A stretch of 64,000 nt of DNA from an uncultured Gammaproteobacteria bacterium (GTDB lineage: Bacteria > Patescibacteriota > Microgenomatia > Levybacterales > GWA1-39-11): the NCBI GenBank assembly GCA_964511305.1, contig CAZEEU010000001.1, positions 53,957 to 117,956 of the forward strand, written 5' to 3'. The position numbers and the translations under genes were made by a program. The notes beneath the pieces were generated by a model that did not search any database, was not told where the DNA came from, and saw only the letters and a program-made list of their open reading frames with translations. This document shows, piece by piece, positions 1 through 10,582 of the stretch (positions within the stretch are counted from its first letter, which is position 1; every line of letters begins with the position of its first letter).

Positions 1-2
1 AA

Positions 3-683
3 AGCTTACTCACTCCAGACGGTGTTTTTATATCAGAGTCCCATTATTTAATGCCACTTATTAAAACAGTTCAATACGATACTATTTATCACGAGCACAT
101 TAGATACTATTCGCTTATAAGTTTAATTAATCTGCTCAAGCAACATAATCTTGAGGTTTTCCATGCAAAAGAAATTCCTTCTCACGGGGGATCAATTAGA
201 GTCTACGCTGCGGCAAAAGGATCGTACGAAATTCGACCAAGTGTAAAAAAGTTATTAGCAAAAGAAAAGAAAATTGTTGCAGACCTAAAATCCTTCGAAA
301 ACTTCAAAAAGAAAGTTGTTTTATCGAAGCTAGAGCTTAACACACTACTTTCAACAATTAAAAAAAGAGGTAAGAAAATCTACGGAATAAGCGCTCCTTC
401 AAGAGGCACTACGCTTGCAAGCTATGCCGGCCTTGATGACTCGATTCTTGAATGCATAGTCGAAGTTAAAGGTTCGTACAAAACAGGCAAATATATGCCA
501 GGGACTCTGCTGCCAGTTCTGGATGAGGAATTGTTATTTAAAAATCAACCTGAATATGCATTTCTCTTTTCTTGGCATATTGCTAAAGAATTAATGACAA
601 AACTTGTAAGTAAAGGTTATAAGGGTGACTTTATAATTCCGCTTCCAACCCCTCACATAGTCAAGAATAAGTCGGTTAAGTAA
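3..683 (+). CDS. NDP-hexose C-methyltransferase-like protein, C-terminal part (5'-truncated by the window)
   Basis: Frame is open from position 3. Motifs YDTIYHEHIRYYS, HGGSIRVY, KTGKYMPGT and FSWHIAKE are typical of the sugar C-methyltransferase C-terminal domain. Confidence 0.8.
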   Translation, partial: SLLTPDGVFISESHYLMPLIKTVQYDTIYHEHIRYYSLISLINLLKQHNLEVFHAKEIPSHGGSIRVYAAAKGSYEIRPSVKKLLAKEKKIVADLKSFENFKKKVVLSKLELNTLLSTIKKRGKKIYGISAPSRGTTLASYAGLDDSILECIVEVKGSYKTGKYMPGTLLPVLDEELLFKNQPEYAFLFSWHIAKELMTKLVSKGYKGDFIIPLPTPHIVKNKSVK

Positions 684-2222
684 CTAGTTGCGCTTGTATA
701 TTACAAAACCGGAATTTATTGTTTTAGTATAATTTTCAGAAATGTAATGCATTACCTCAGGTAGTCTTTCCATATTTGATACACCATCCACATCCCAAGA
801 TGATGTATTGTAAATAATATATTTGGTCTTTGACCTTTCCAAGTCATTAATAAGCTCGTATCTTTTAGCCTTCGAATTTATTACTTCAGGAAGATTGAAC
901 CGCGAAGGACTTACTCTATCTGCAACAAGATACATTACCGGTTCATTCCCCAAAAAAAAGATTGTTTGAGCGTGCTTTACGTTTTTGTTAATAAAATTTT
1001 GAATGAATAAAAATTGTCGATTCTGAGCACCACTTATCGCGATAGGTCCAACAAATTTAGAATTTGTGCTAGTGTTAAATATCTTTGTTGGAATATCAAA
1101 AAGTTTTATAAAATGTGGTCGATAAAAACTGATAAATCGTAGAGAAAAAATAATTATGACTATAAGTATGAGATTTCTGATTTTACTTGTAGGAAGACTT
1201 GTAAGGCGCGAAGCAACATAACCAATGATTATAAAAGAGATTGGAATTACAAAAGGGATATGTCCAAATCTACCCAAAAGAATCAGGGATAAGAAAAAGC
1301 CAAATACTGTTATTAAAATAATAAATGTATTTTCAATTTTTCCTTTGATTAAAAATAAAATTGTTAGATAGGCAAATAAGCAAAAATATAGAAAGTAATT
1401 CCAATAAAGTACAGCTTCTTTAGAAACGAATACTTTTAAAATTTCTATCGGATTTTTTGCATGCTCCAAAAGTGCAAGCAAATTAGGAAATGCCTGCCCA
1501 TTGGGAAGACCCATCCCGGAATATGACGTGTAATCATCGATTATTGTCTGAAAATAAAAAGTTACCCATCCGTCTATCGAAGCAAATAGCAAGAAGGGAA
1601 ATACCACTAACACTACCCCACCAAAAAAATACAATAAATTTTGAAAAGTCTTTTTTAGAGTTACTGACTTTACAAATTGAATAAATATAACAATTGCGCT
1701 TATTACTCCAATAAATATACCCATGTCAGAACTTACAAGCAACGTTACAACAACTGCCATACCCGAAACCAACCACCACTTTTTCTTATTAGTAACTATT
1801 GCTTTGTCCAATACTAGAAGAGCCCCTAATCCTGTCCCTTGTCTCATACCAAATCCGGGGATAATGAGAAGCAATGCAAGTATCAAGTACTGAATGTAAT
1901 TTTTAATCTCCAAACGTTGCATTGCAACTTTGGCTGCTATTAGAGCTCCTAAAGTCCCAAGAACTAAATACACTATTCTTATAAGAAATACCGAGGAACC
2001 AAATATTTTGGCAAGCATGTATGACGGGTATATGTATAACGGTCCATATGCAGCATAGGTATCTTTATATAGTTTTTGTCCGTGTAACATGTGAGTTATC
2101 CATCCACCAAATTGACCTTCATCTATAACATTAACGTCTCCATAGAAAGGATTAACTACGATACCCGATCCCACAAACAATAAGAACAATAATGCAATAA
2201 CTATCCAACTATATTTTTTCAT
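684..2222 (-). CDS. Multi-TM membrane protein, GT-C-like (putative lipid-linked sugar transferase)
   Basis: About 12 hydrophobic segments; DEG in the first outside loop; LYKD..YGPL motif; soluble C-terminal domain. Start set at ATG 2222, which gives an ATGA overlap with the upstream stop (ORF track start 2255). Confidence 0.6.
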   Translation of the reverse strand: MKKYSWIVIALLFLLFVGSGIVVNPFYGDVNVIDEGQFGGWITHMLHGQKLYKDTYAAYGPLYIYPSYMLAKIFGSSVFLIRIVYLVLGTLGALIAAKVAMQRLEIKNYIQYLILALLLIIPGFGMRQGTGLGALLVLDKAIVTNKKKWWLVSGMAVVVTLLVSSDMGIFIGVISAIVIFIQFVKSVTLKKTFQNLLYFFGGVVLVVFPFLLFASIDGWVTFYFQTIIDDYTSYSGMGLPNGQAFPNLLALLEHAKNPIEILKVFVSKEAVLYWNYFLYFCLFAYLTILFLIKGKIENTFIILITVFGFFLSLILLGRFGHIPFVIPISFIIIGYVASRLTSLPTSKIRNLILIVIIIFSLRFISFYRPHFIKLFDIPTKIFNTSTNSKFVGPIAISGAQNRQFLFIQNFINKNVKHAQTIFFLGNEPVMYLVADRVSPSRFNLPEVINSKAKRYELINDLERSKTKYIIYNTSSWDVDGVSNMERLPEVMHYISENYTKTINSGFVIYKRN

Positions 2223-4930
2223 TTCTTTAACTTTTTCCATATTGAGATCATCCATGTTAATATTCCAACTAGTAGCGGTGTCAGAAAGAGAATGAAGAAA
2301 TAAATGTATTCCTGCTGCCGTGGATACTCATGAACAGTGAACCAATTAATAGCCGTAGTTTCGGGGATAGCAAAATGTAACGGAATTATTTTTAAAAGCA
2401 AAAGTATAATAATCTCTGAAGGTGCAGCACCGATCAAGAAATATTGTACGTGTTTTGAGAATTTAATTTTTTTTCCAAATCCTAAAAATTTTCTCTTCTT
2501 AAGACTTCTTCTAAGAACATATACTGCAACAATAACAAAACCAACAGTAGATAGCATCATTCCTATATAAAATGAGTATGGCTTATATACAAAGCTTATG
2601 TAATTTGTACCTTTTGGAACGTTAATCGTCATAAAAGGATTTTTACCTTCTATTTCAACGGAGTGATTATTAACAAATGCCTTCCAGCCAGGATAAAACG
2701 TGTATTTAAGAGTTAGCTTTTCACTGAATTTACTTTCCGTAATGAATTCAACCCGGTCGTTATTCTTTTTTTGTTCTTTTAAATTTCCTTTAAATTCAAT
2801 CTTTTTTACGTTATTTACAAGATAAATGCCTGATGTATTTTTGTCGTACACTTTAGTAAATTGTTTTTTATTATTTGCACTAAGTAGTAGTTCTAGGAAA
2901 GGCTTATCAGAACTTCCCCTAAGAGCGATTTGGTTACTTCCATTTATTAAAGATGGAGTAAATATAGCTTGGTATATTTTACTAGGCTCCATTTTTATGT
3001 TATTCACTGGAATCGTATAGAACATACCATCACGAATATCTTTACAATTTATAAAAGTTGACTGAAGTACTTTTTGGGACTCTACTATCTGAAAATTTAT
3101 TTTGCAGCTATTTATTCTATTAAAGCTTTCGGTAATTATTCGAACTCCGCTTAAAATGCCTGTGGCATTTCGTATTTCAAGACTATATGGCCTTGAAAGA
3201 ACGATTCTTTCGTTATATTTTGGTTGCAGAATTATTTTCTTTTGGGTGATATCGTAATCTGCTATTACCATACCTATTCCAAAATTACTCAGACTTTCAT
3301 AGGAGACGCTATCTACCAGGCCTAGATGATTTTTAACTGCAAAGGCTCTATCAAACGCTACCTTATAACCCCTTACATCAATTGCATCATAATTTTCAGC
3401 ACTTTCAATTCCATAGGCAAGATTCATATCCGGAGGTAAATTCATGTTTCCCACCTGCAATATTCTTAACGATGGGTATTTTTTGATAGTTTTTATTAGA
3501 TCATTTTGTGGATAGTACTCTAATTTACTGCTTAAACCATTAAAGGTTGCCACCGGTAAACCAATTTGAAGCAATACAATTGTGGTAAGAGCTAAGTTCT
3601 TGAATCTTAAAGGCAGTTTTATAACTACAAAGAAAAGAATTGTAGTAAAAAGCATAAACAACATTGTTAAAACTGAAAAAGCAAAAAAGGCCTCAATTTT
3701 TGTTTCTGTTTGGATTAAAAATAGCCCCAACATTGGTATGGCTACAATAAACAGTAATAATATTTTTTTCCAACTCAAAGCATTCGTTGTTTTTTTTATT
3801 TGATCAATTGAAATTCCTATAAGAACAGCGGCAAAAAGAGGAATAAATGCGATAAATCTTTGATTGGCATTTACTGAAAACAGTGGTAAATTTGAAATAA
3901 TAGGTAGATAGGCAAATACAAGACAAACAGCAATTAAGATTGAGAACTGTAGTCCGTATGTTCTAATTTTCCAGAAACGAAAGGCTGCAATTATGCCAAT
4001 AGGTCCAATACTCCCAGCAGCAGTCTCTGCAAAATTTGTCATTGCCGAAAAAGACTTATAGAGTGAGAATTGTGGGCCACCTAATATAAGCGGGAAGGGG
4101 AATGAAAAGATGGATAATAAAGGGAGAGATAGGAGGTGGACACCAGCAGCTCTAAAACTTATTACGTAACTATTTTTTAAATACTCAAGGAAGGGAATTA
4201 AAAGAAATGACGCAAGGAAACACCCAAATACAACTCCAAAAGCATGAATAAAAAACTCTTTACCGCTTCTTGTTCTTATTAATATATAAAGACTAGTAAT
4301 AACAGCTATATTAAAGAGTGTCTCGGGATGACCACCTAAAACGGCCACAAAATAAATTAAGGACAAGCAAAAAAAATGATCCACGAAATTCTTTTTTTTA
4401 TACATACGTTCTACAAAGAACAAAATTAGGGGAAACAACAGAAATACATTAGTTTGTGGCCATTGAAGCCATATAACCATATAGCTTGCAGACGCAATAA
4501 AGGATGCAATTGCCGAAGACTCTTTTGATATTCCAAAATTTCTCAGATATAAAAAAGTAAAAAATAAAAACAGTGAGTATTTAATAATTGAAATAGATAG
4601 CAACGAAATCGATGGAGGGAACAGATAGTATAAAAGATTAAGTGGAAAAAAAACCGCACTCTGCATGGTTGCTAAAAATGGAACGCCACCAGCATTAAGA
4701 CCGTTCCAGACGGGTAATCTCATATTCATAAGTTCGTTTTTTGAATAAATTCTCCAGGGCTCAAACTGAGAAATTGGATCAGCAAGCAGCGAATTATGAG
4801 GTTTGGTCCAGTTCTGCGAAAATGCTGGGAAATAATTGAGTATATCTGATGGCAGTAGAATTTTGCCTTGAAAATGTAGCGCTACTATAATTGCCAAAAT
4901 ACTACAAAAAATGATCAAGAATTTATTCAT
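2219..4930 (-). CDS. YfhO-family membrane glycosyltransferase (GT-C)
   Basis: PVWN..GGVPFLA..QSAVFFP, GGHPE, and C-terminal FYPGWKAFVN...VPKG..I.F.YKP are YfhO-like motifs. Confidence 0.8.
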   Translation of the reverse strand: MNKFLIIFCSILAIIVALHFQGKILLPSDILNYFPAFSQNWTKPHNSLLADPISQFEPWRIYSKNELMNMRLPVWNGLNAGGVPFLATMQSAVFFPLNLLYYLFPPSISLLSISIIKYSLFLFFTFLYLRNFGISKESSAIASFIASASYMVIWLQWPQTNVFLLFPLILFFVERMYKKKNFVDHFFCLSLIYFVAVLGGHPETLFNIAVITSLYILIRTRSGKEFFIHAFGVVFGCFLASFLLIPFLEYLKNSYVISFRAAGVHLLSLPLLSIFSFPFPLILGGPQFSLYKSFSAMTNFAETAAGSIGPIGIIAAFRFWKIRTYGLQFSILIAVCLVFAYLPIISNLPLFSVNANQRFIAFIPLFAAVLIGISIDQIKKTTNALSWKKILLLFIVAIPMLGLFLIQTETKIEAFFAFSVLTMLFMLFTTILFFVVIKLPLRFKNLALTTIVLLQIGLPVATFNGLSSKLEYYPQNDLIKTIKKYPSLRILQVGNMNLPPDMNLAYGIESAENYDAIDVRGYKVAFDRAFAVKNHLGLVDSVSYESLSNFGIGMVIADYDITQKKIILQPKYNERIVLSRPYSLEIRNATGILSGVRIITESFNRINSCKINFQIVESQKVLQSTFINCKDIRDGMFYTIPVNNIKMEPSKIYQAIFTPSLINGSNQIALRGSSDKPFLELLLSANNKKQFTKVYDKNTSGIYLVNNVKKIEFKGNLKEQKKNNDRVEFITESKFSEKLTLKYTFYPGWKAFVNNHSVEIEGKNPFMTINVPKGTNYISFVYKPYSFYIGMMLSTVGFVIVAVYVLRRSLKKRKFLGFGKKIKFSKHVQYFLIGAAPSEIIILLLLKIIPLHFAIPETTAINWFTVHEYPRQQEYIYFFILFLTPLLVGILTWMISIWKKLKK

Positions 4931-7127
4931 ACCTTTGAATAGTTACATAATCACTTTTGAATATAATTTTGCCGTCTCCTACTATTTTATCTGAAACACT
5001 ATACCTTATACCGTTAGAATTTATTTTCCCGCCGTTGTAAGGAATTAAATATTTATAAGGTTCCAGGCTTGTTCTGTATAAAGACATTGTTCCTTGAGGA
5101 ATAAGCTCAATATTTTCTCCGCGTGCATCTTTAACAATTTCACGAGTCGCCGAATCTGCCACTTTCCAGGTAGAGCCAAAGCTATACTGAACTGGCGGCA
5201 TTGGATTTCGTCTGTCTAAAGTGTCCACAAAAAAATTATTGGATAGCAAAAGCATCCCATTCATAAAAGCAAGCGCAAGAATAACAATCAATGCTCTTCT
5301 TGCTTTTAAAAGTCCTACAAGCATAAAAGATACTAAAATTGTAATTGAGGGATATAGTATTCCAAAATATGCAGTCCCTGGAGACTTATGCAAAGTAAAA
5401 GAAAAAACAGGCACCATAAACCATAGTAAAATTAAAAATAGTAAGCTAGTATTTTTTTTCTTTAACAACACATAACATACATAAACTACAGATATAAAAA
5501 GGGCAATGATCCCTACTTCAGGAAGATGTGGAGAAATAACTCCTGCAAACTGCTGATAAAAAGTTTCCCAAACTCCGGCAACTGTTGATTGCTCCTGAGA
5601 CACCGGCATACCAACGATAAAGTACCTAAGTCGATTGACTATCCATAATGGAAATTTGATATATGTAGGTCCATTTACAAAATCGCTTACAACAAAAGGT
5701 AAAATACCAAAAATAAAAGAGAAAAATGAGATTAGTGCTGTTTTTCTGGAGATATATTTTCTTTCACTAAATAAATATAGCATGGCAACCAGTCCTGCAA
5801 CGATATTTGAAAGCTCAACGAGCAGTAGTGCTCCAAAAGCAAAACATAATACAGGGAAGAAATTAATATTCTTTTTTGTTTTATAAAGAAATATGAAAAA
5901 AAGCATTGTAAAAAATGGAACTAGTGAGGTGTGATATGGCATGCGAGCATTCACAACAATCATTGGAGAAAAAGAATAAAATATTCCGCTTACTATCCCT
6001 AACGCTCTACCACCAAGTTTGTTTGCTAGATAAAAAACGAATGCAGTAGTAATACCTCCAAGAAATGCGTAAAGATATGCTGGAGCAACTGGATTGAAGT
6101 TACCGATCCTAAGAGCAAGCGCAATAAGCCACACGGAAGTTGGTCCTTGATGAAGCCATGAAACAGATGATGGAATACCAACAAGCGCTAGTGCCCCTGT
6201 TTGCAGCATGTCTCGTGCGGCATTATAGTCCCTTGCAGCATCACCAATGAAAAGCATGAAGCTGTTCTGCGCATAGGCGTTGATAAAAAAGGACAAGAAT
6301 ATAAAGAAAATAGCGATGAAAAAATTTATTGTGAAGTATCGAAGACAAAACTCGGTTAAAAGTGCTTTATTTTTTCCAAAGTGTTTCTTTAAATATAAAT
6401 ATCTACTTTTTTCAAAATAGGACTGTATTTGTTCTTTGTCAGACAAACTTCTACCACCTAAGTGAACAATCTTAGAACTTGGATAAAAGAATACACCATA
6501 TCCCCTTCTTGCTATTCTTATACATATATCCTGTTCCTCAAAATATAAGAAAAACCGTTTATCAAAGCCTTTAACTTCTTTAAATATGCGAGAGGGTATC
6601 ATCATGCATGCCCCACTCACGACATCAACCTTCTGCTCTTGAGTTCTATCTACATCTTTCATCCAGAATCTATGCGAAATTGGATTGTTCTTGAAAAAAG
6701 AATTTATGAATGAATAAACTATTAAGGCTTTTGACGGTGTAATTTTTGTGTTAATCGTCGGAAGGAGTTTTTTATTTCCGTCATACATTTTTGGACCCAA
6801 TACACCTATTGTAGGATTTTTTTCAATATGTGAAAGTAATAAATCTAATGTTCCCCTTCTAACTCTGGTATCTGGATTTAAGAACAAGAAAAATTTACCT
6901 TTTGCGCGTCTGGCACCAACATTACATCCCGAACCAAATCCGATATTCTTACTTTTTATATAAACTACTGAATATTGCTTTAACTGTTCTTCTAATTGTT
7001 GACTTGAGCTATTGTCAACTACAACAATCTCAAAACTATTTTTTGGAGGATATTTATAAACACTTTTTATTGATTCTAGTATTTCTTTTTGGGCATTATA
7101 GTGAACATAAATAATTGAAAGCTTCAT
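4923..7127 (-). CDS. Fusion of a GT2 (WbbL-like) glycosyltransferase and an ArnT/PMT-like GT-C membrane domain
   Basis: N-terminal half: LSIIYVHYN, VVDNSS, NIGFGSGCN, FLNPD, FDKRFFLYFEEQD. C-terminal half: FIGDAARD, GIPSS..LHQGP, then many TMs. Start at ATG 7127 (ATGA overlap). Confidence 0.8.
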   Translation of the reverse strand: MKLSIIYVHYNAQKEILESIKSVYKYPPKNSFEIVVVDNSSSQQLEEQLKQYSVVYIKSKNIGFGSGCNVGARRAKGKFFLFLNPDTRVRRGTLDLLLSHIEKNPTIGVLGPKMYDGNKKLLPTINTKITPSKALIVYSFINSFFKNNPISHRFWMKDVDRTQEQKVDVVSGACMMIPSRIFKEVKGFDKRFFLYFEEQDICIRIARRGYGVFFYPSSKIVHLGGRSLSDKEQIQSYFEKSRYLYLKKHFGKNKALLTEFCLRYFTINFFIAIFFIFLSFFINAYAQNSFMLFIGDAARDYNAARDMLQTGALALVGIPSSVSWLHQGPTSVWLIALALRIGNFNPVAPAYLYAFLGGITTAFVFYLANKLGGRALGIVSGIFYSFSPMIVVNARMPYHTSLVPFFTMLFFIFLYKTKKNINFFPVLCFAFGALLLVELSNIVAGLVAMLYLFSERKYISRKTALISFFSFIFGILPFVVSDFVNGPTYIKFPLWIVNRLRYFIVGMPVSQEQSTVAGVWETFYQQFAGVISPHLPEVGIIALFISVVYVCYVLLKKKNTSLLFLILLWFMVPVFSFTLHKSPGTAYFGILYPSITILVSFMLVGLLKARRALIVILALAFMNGMLLLSNNFFVDTLDRRNPMPPVQYSFGSTWKVADSATREIVKDARGENIELIPQGTMSLYRTSLEPYKYLIPYNGGKINSNGIRYSVSDKIVGDGKIIFKSDYVTIQRYE

Positions 7128-8248
7128 GATGTAACTACTGAATTTATAATCTCCGATAATGCTACCCCTGAGTGAGCCCAAGACCATTTACTAAGTGCCT
7201 GCTTGCGTGCATTTTCAGACATGTTCTTGTAATTTTTCTCGTCAAGCGCCTTTCTAAAAGCCTGAACAAGAGATGCTGTTTTTTTCGGAACTAAATATCC
7301 TGTTTGGCCTGGTATTACAGATTCTTTGTAGCCACCATCATTAAGAGCAACAACTGGCAATCCGCATGACATTGCCTCAATTGGCATAAGACCAAAAGGC
7401 TCTTTATAACCAAGACATACCATAATCTTTGCACTACGATATAAATCTCTCATGTCAGTATTACTGGATATCCACTCTTTCTCCTTAAATACTAGCCTTA
7501 TTTTTTCTGGTTTTATCCCATACTCTGAAAGTCCCTTTTTTAAAAAATCATAATTTTCAGATTTATCATAGGCTCCGATATACAAAATGTCATAAATCTT
7601 TTTATGTGCTTTTTGAGGTTTAAAAAAGTTAACATCAACCCCCATATATATAGTCTTGCTATTCAATCCATATGCTTTTTTTATATTCTTCCCTGTGTAG
7701 TTAGAATTTGAAAGCAACACATCTGCTTTTTTTATATTATTTCGGTCGATAATTTTTCTGATAAATCGATTTGTCTTTTCATAATAAAATCTACCAAATC
7801 CAACTTCTCTTCCGACACTAAATAATGGCTCATAGACCATTCGTAATGGCTCTTGGCAATAATATATCGTTGGTTTTTTTAAGAAATTTAGAATAAAAGG
7901 AGCTTGGGTATATTTTGATGGAAGAACGAAAACCGCATCGTAGTTTTGATTATTTATTGTTTCTGCAATCCTCTTGTGCAAGAAATACAAACGAATTAAT
8001 TCAATTGTGTCTTTATAGAGTCTTACCTTCCAATTGTTCCCATGCCACGTTTTAGGCTTGAATTTGAAAAGATGCACATTTGAATAATATGCATCCTCAT
8101 TTTTCTCGTGCTTTTGATCCACAATAAAAAGATCGACATCAAATTCATCAAGAATGTTCTTTGCAAATTCGTTCGATGATCTTCTTGCTCCTCCTTTATC
8201 AAGTTCATGGAAAAAAGCTATTCTTTTTTTAACTAAATTCTTTTTCAT
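7124..8248 (-). CDS. Glycosyltransferase family 4
   Basis: EPFGLMPIEAMSCGLPVV and GGYKESV GT-B motifs. Confidence 0.9.
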   Translation of the reverse strand: MKKNLVKKRIAFFHELDKGGARRSSNEFAKNILDEFDVDLFIVDQKHEKNEDAYYSNVHLFKFKPKTWHGNNWKVRLYKDTIELIRLYFLHKRIAETINNQNYDAVFVLPSKYTQAPFILNFLKKPTIYYCQEPLRMVYEPLFSVGREVGFGRFYYEKTNRFIRKIIDRNNIKKADVLLSNSNYTGKNIKKAYGLNSKTIYMGVDVNFFKPQKAHKKIYDILYIGAYDKSENYDFLKKGLSEYGIKPEKIRLVFKEKEWISSNTDMRDLYRSAKIMVCLGYKEPFGLMPIEAMSCGLPVVALNDGGYKESVIPGQTGYLVPKKTASLVQAFRKALDEKNYKNMSENARKQALSKWSWAHSGVALSEIINSVVTS

Positions 8249-9257
8249 TATCTTGTATCCAAGTAAAAAGACGTCTCAAACCAACGGTTAGTTTAATTTT
8301 AGGAGTCCATCCAAAATCTCTTTTTGCCTTGCTTGTATCGGCTATAAATATGGATTGATCACCCGGCCTTATTTTTTTGTATTTAACTGGAATTTCTCTA
8401 TTAAATAATTTTTGAAGCATTGGTCCAAATTCTTGCCATACCGATATTGAATTTTTGACACCGCCTCCCAAGTTGTACACTTGCCCAGAGGTCACCTTTA
8501 TATTTTTAATAGCAAGATCATACGCCGAAATGAGATCATCTATATATAGAAGGTCTCTCACCTGCTTACCATTACCATAAATTGTAATATTCTTTCTTAA
8601 AAGGACAGCTATTATGAACCATGCTACCCATCCCTGGTCTTCAAACCCATACTGATGTGGACCATAAATACATGACTGTCTAAATACTACGGTTTTTAAT
8701 CCATATATTCGCGCGTAGTCTCTTACATATTGATCTGAAGCACCCTTACTACATCCATATGGTGAATGAAAATCTAATGGCTGCTTTTCATTAACTCCCT
8801 TTGGAAGTGTTTTAAAGGAGTATCTAGTGTTGGTCTCTAAAATTTTAAGCTCTTCCAAATCTCCATACACTTTATTAGTAGAGCTGTATAGAACAATCGG
8901 CTTTTTAGAACTTTTTCGTGCTGCTTCCAATATATTCATTGTTCCTAAAGCATTTGACATAAAATCATCCATGGGATTTTGAACAGATGTAGTAACAGCA
9001 ACTTGTCCTGCTAAATGAATGATTATGTCTGCTCCATCAACAATTTTCTCAAGTTTTTTGGAAGTGAATTTTAAGTCGTATTTTATGAATGTAAATTCGT
9101 TCTTATGGATTTTTTTAAGCCAAGTCAGGTTTTTTTCTACTCCTTTTCTTGAGAGGTTATCAAGAATAATTACGTTATACTTTTTCTTTATATAATGGTC
9201 AGCCGTATTAATCCCAATGAACCCTGCTCCTCCAGTAATTAATACAGTCTTTTTCAT
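8229..9257 (-). CDS. NAD-dependent sugar epimerase, CDP-paratose 2-epimerase (RfbE/Tyv)-like
   Basis: ITGGAGFIG, HLAGQVAVTTS, SSTNKVYG, HSPYGCSKG, EDQGWVAWF, GKQVRD. Confidence 0.85.
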   Translation of the reverse strand: MKKTVLITGGAGFIGINTADHYIKKKYNVIILDNLSRKGVEKNLTWLKKIHKNEFTFIKYDLKFTSKKLEKIVDGADIIIHLAGQVAVTTSVQNPMDDFMSNALGTMNILEAARKSSKKPIVLYSSTNKVYGDLEELKILETNTRYSFKTLPKGVNEKQPLDFHSPYGCSKGASDQYVRDYARIYGLKTVVFRQSCIYGPHQYGFEDQGWVAWFIIAVLLRKNITIYGNGKQVRDLLYIDDLISAYDLAIKNIKVTSGQVYNLGGGVKNSISVWQEFGPMLQKLFNREIPVKYKKIRPGDQSIFIADTSKAKRDFGWTPKIKLTVGLRRLFTWIQDNEKEFS

Positions 9258-9355
9258 GCCTTACAATTGAGTAATTATATACTAATTCCAAACGAAAGTC
9301 AGATCAAATTAGCCTTTATTTGCAATTAAAACTGCCATACAAGATAATCAAAAAT

Positions 9356-10576
9356 ATGGGGTACAGAAAGCTTATTTTTAAAAGTACAGCATGGATGATG
9401 GCACTAAGAACTGTCACCCAAGGGTTGGTAGTACTTAAGCTAGTTGTAATTACAAGACTGCTACAACCATCTGATTTTGGTGTTTTTGCAATTGTTGTCT
9501 CACTTCTTACAATATTTGATACGTTAACAGATATAGGATTTTCCTATGCTGCCATTCATATGCAACTTGATATGAAAAAGGCCGCAAGAACTTTTTTGAC
9601 AGTAACTTTTTTAAGAGGCGTAATACTAACCGTTGCAACAATCGCATGTATTCCATTTGCTGTCAATTTCTTCCATGATTCATCGATAACCATTTTGCTA
9701 GTTATTGCCTCTTTAGTACCACTACTAAAGGGTGCTGAAAATCCCCATGTTATTGGGTTTCAAAAAGATCTCAGGTTTGAAAAAGAATTCGTATTCCGAC
9801 TAGTACCAGCTCTTGCAATTACAATCTCAACTATTATCTTATCTATATTTTATAAGAGTGCTTTGGCATTAGTTATAGGCCTTGTTATCGGTACTTTGTT
9901 TGAGTTAATTTCTTCCTACCTAATCGCCAGCCGGGATTTCTCAAAACCATTCAGCAGGAAGTATTTTAAAAAACTTGTATCATACGGGAAATGGATTACA
10001 GCAGGCGGATTATCTACATATCTCACGACCCAGCTTGATACTGTTGTAATTGGCAGAATACTTGGATCATCCTCACTGGGTCTTTATGATTTAGCTTTTA
10101 AAACCGGTTCCACTGCATTTAACGAAATAACAAATGTCCTATCCCAAATCATGTTCCCGGTCTATTCAAAAATTAAGAATGACAAAGCACGTCTCAAGAA
10201 GTTATTTCTAAAGCACCTAATTTTTACAACAATATTTGCTTTCTGTATAAATATTCCACTTCTTCTTTTTCCTAAAGAGATAATTACATTATTCTTTGGA
10301 AGTAAGTGGATTGATGCTGCAGGTGTCTTACAGATACTTGCAATATATGGATTCTTAAGAGCGGCAATTGGACCAATAGGACCTTTATTTCTCTCTGTAG
10401 GAATCCCCAATACTCTGGCAAAACTCAATTTTCTGCATTTCTTAATCTTGCTTGTATTGATTATTCCTCTTGTTTCAAAGTTTCAAATTACTGGCGCTGC
10501 TAGTGCAATTACAATATCCTATGCGATAATTACACCTTACTATCTTTTCAAGCTATACAAGCTTTTTACAAAATAA
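9356..10576 (+). CDS. Wzx/WzxC-type polysaccharide flippase (MOP superfamily)
   Basis: RLL.PSDFGVFA, D.VVIGRILG...LGLYDLA and 12+ TMs. ATG 9356 is preferred to the TTG at 9320. Confidence 0.85.
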   Translation: MGYRKLIFKSTAWMMALRTVTQGLVVLKLVVITRLLQPSDFGVFAIVVSLLTIFDTLTDIGFSYAAIHMQLDMKKAARTFLTVTFLRGVILTVATIACIPFAVNFFHDSSITILLVIASLVPLLKGAENPHVIGFQKDLRFEKEFVFRLVPALAITISTIILSIFYKSALALVIGLVIGTLFELISSYLIASRDFSKPFSRKYFKKLVSYGKWITAGGLSTYLTTQLDTVVIGRILGSSSLGLYDLAFKTGSTAFNEITNVLSQIMFPVYSKIKNDKARLKKLFLKHLIFTTIFAFCINIPLLLFPKEIITLFFGSKWIDAAGVLQILAIYGFLRAAIGPIGPLFLSVGIPNTLAKLNFLHFLILLVLIIPLVSKFQITGAASAITISYAIITPYYLFKLYKLFTK

Positions 10577-10582
10577 AAAATA

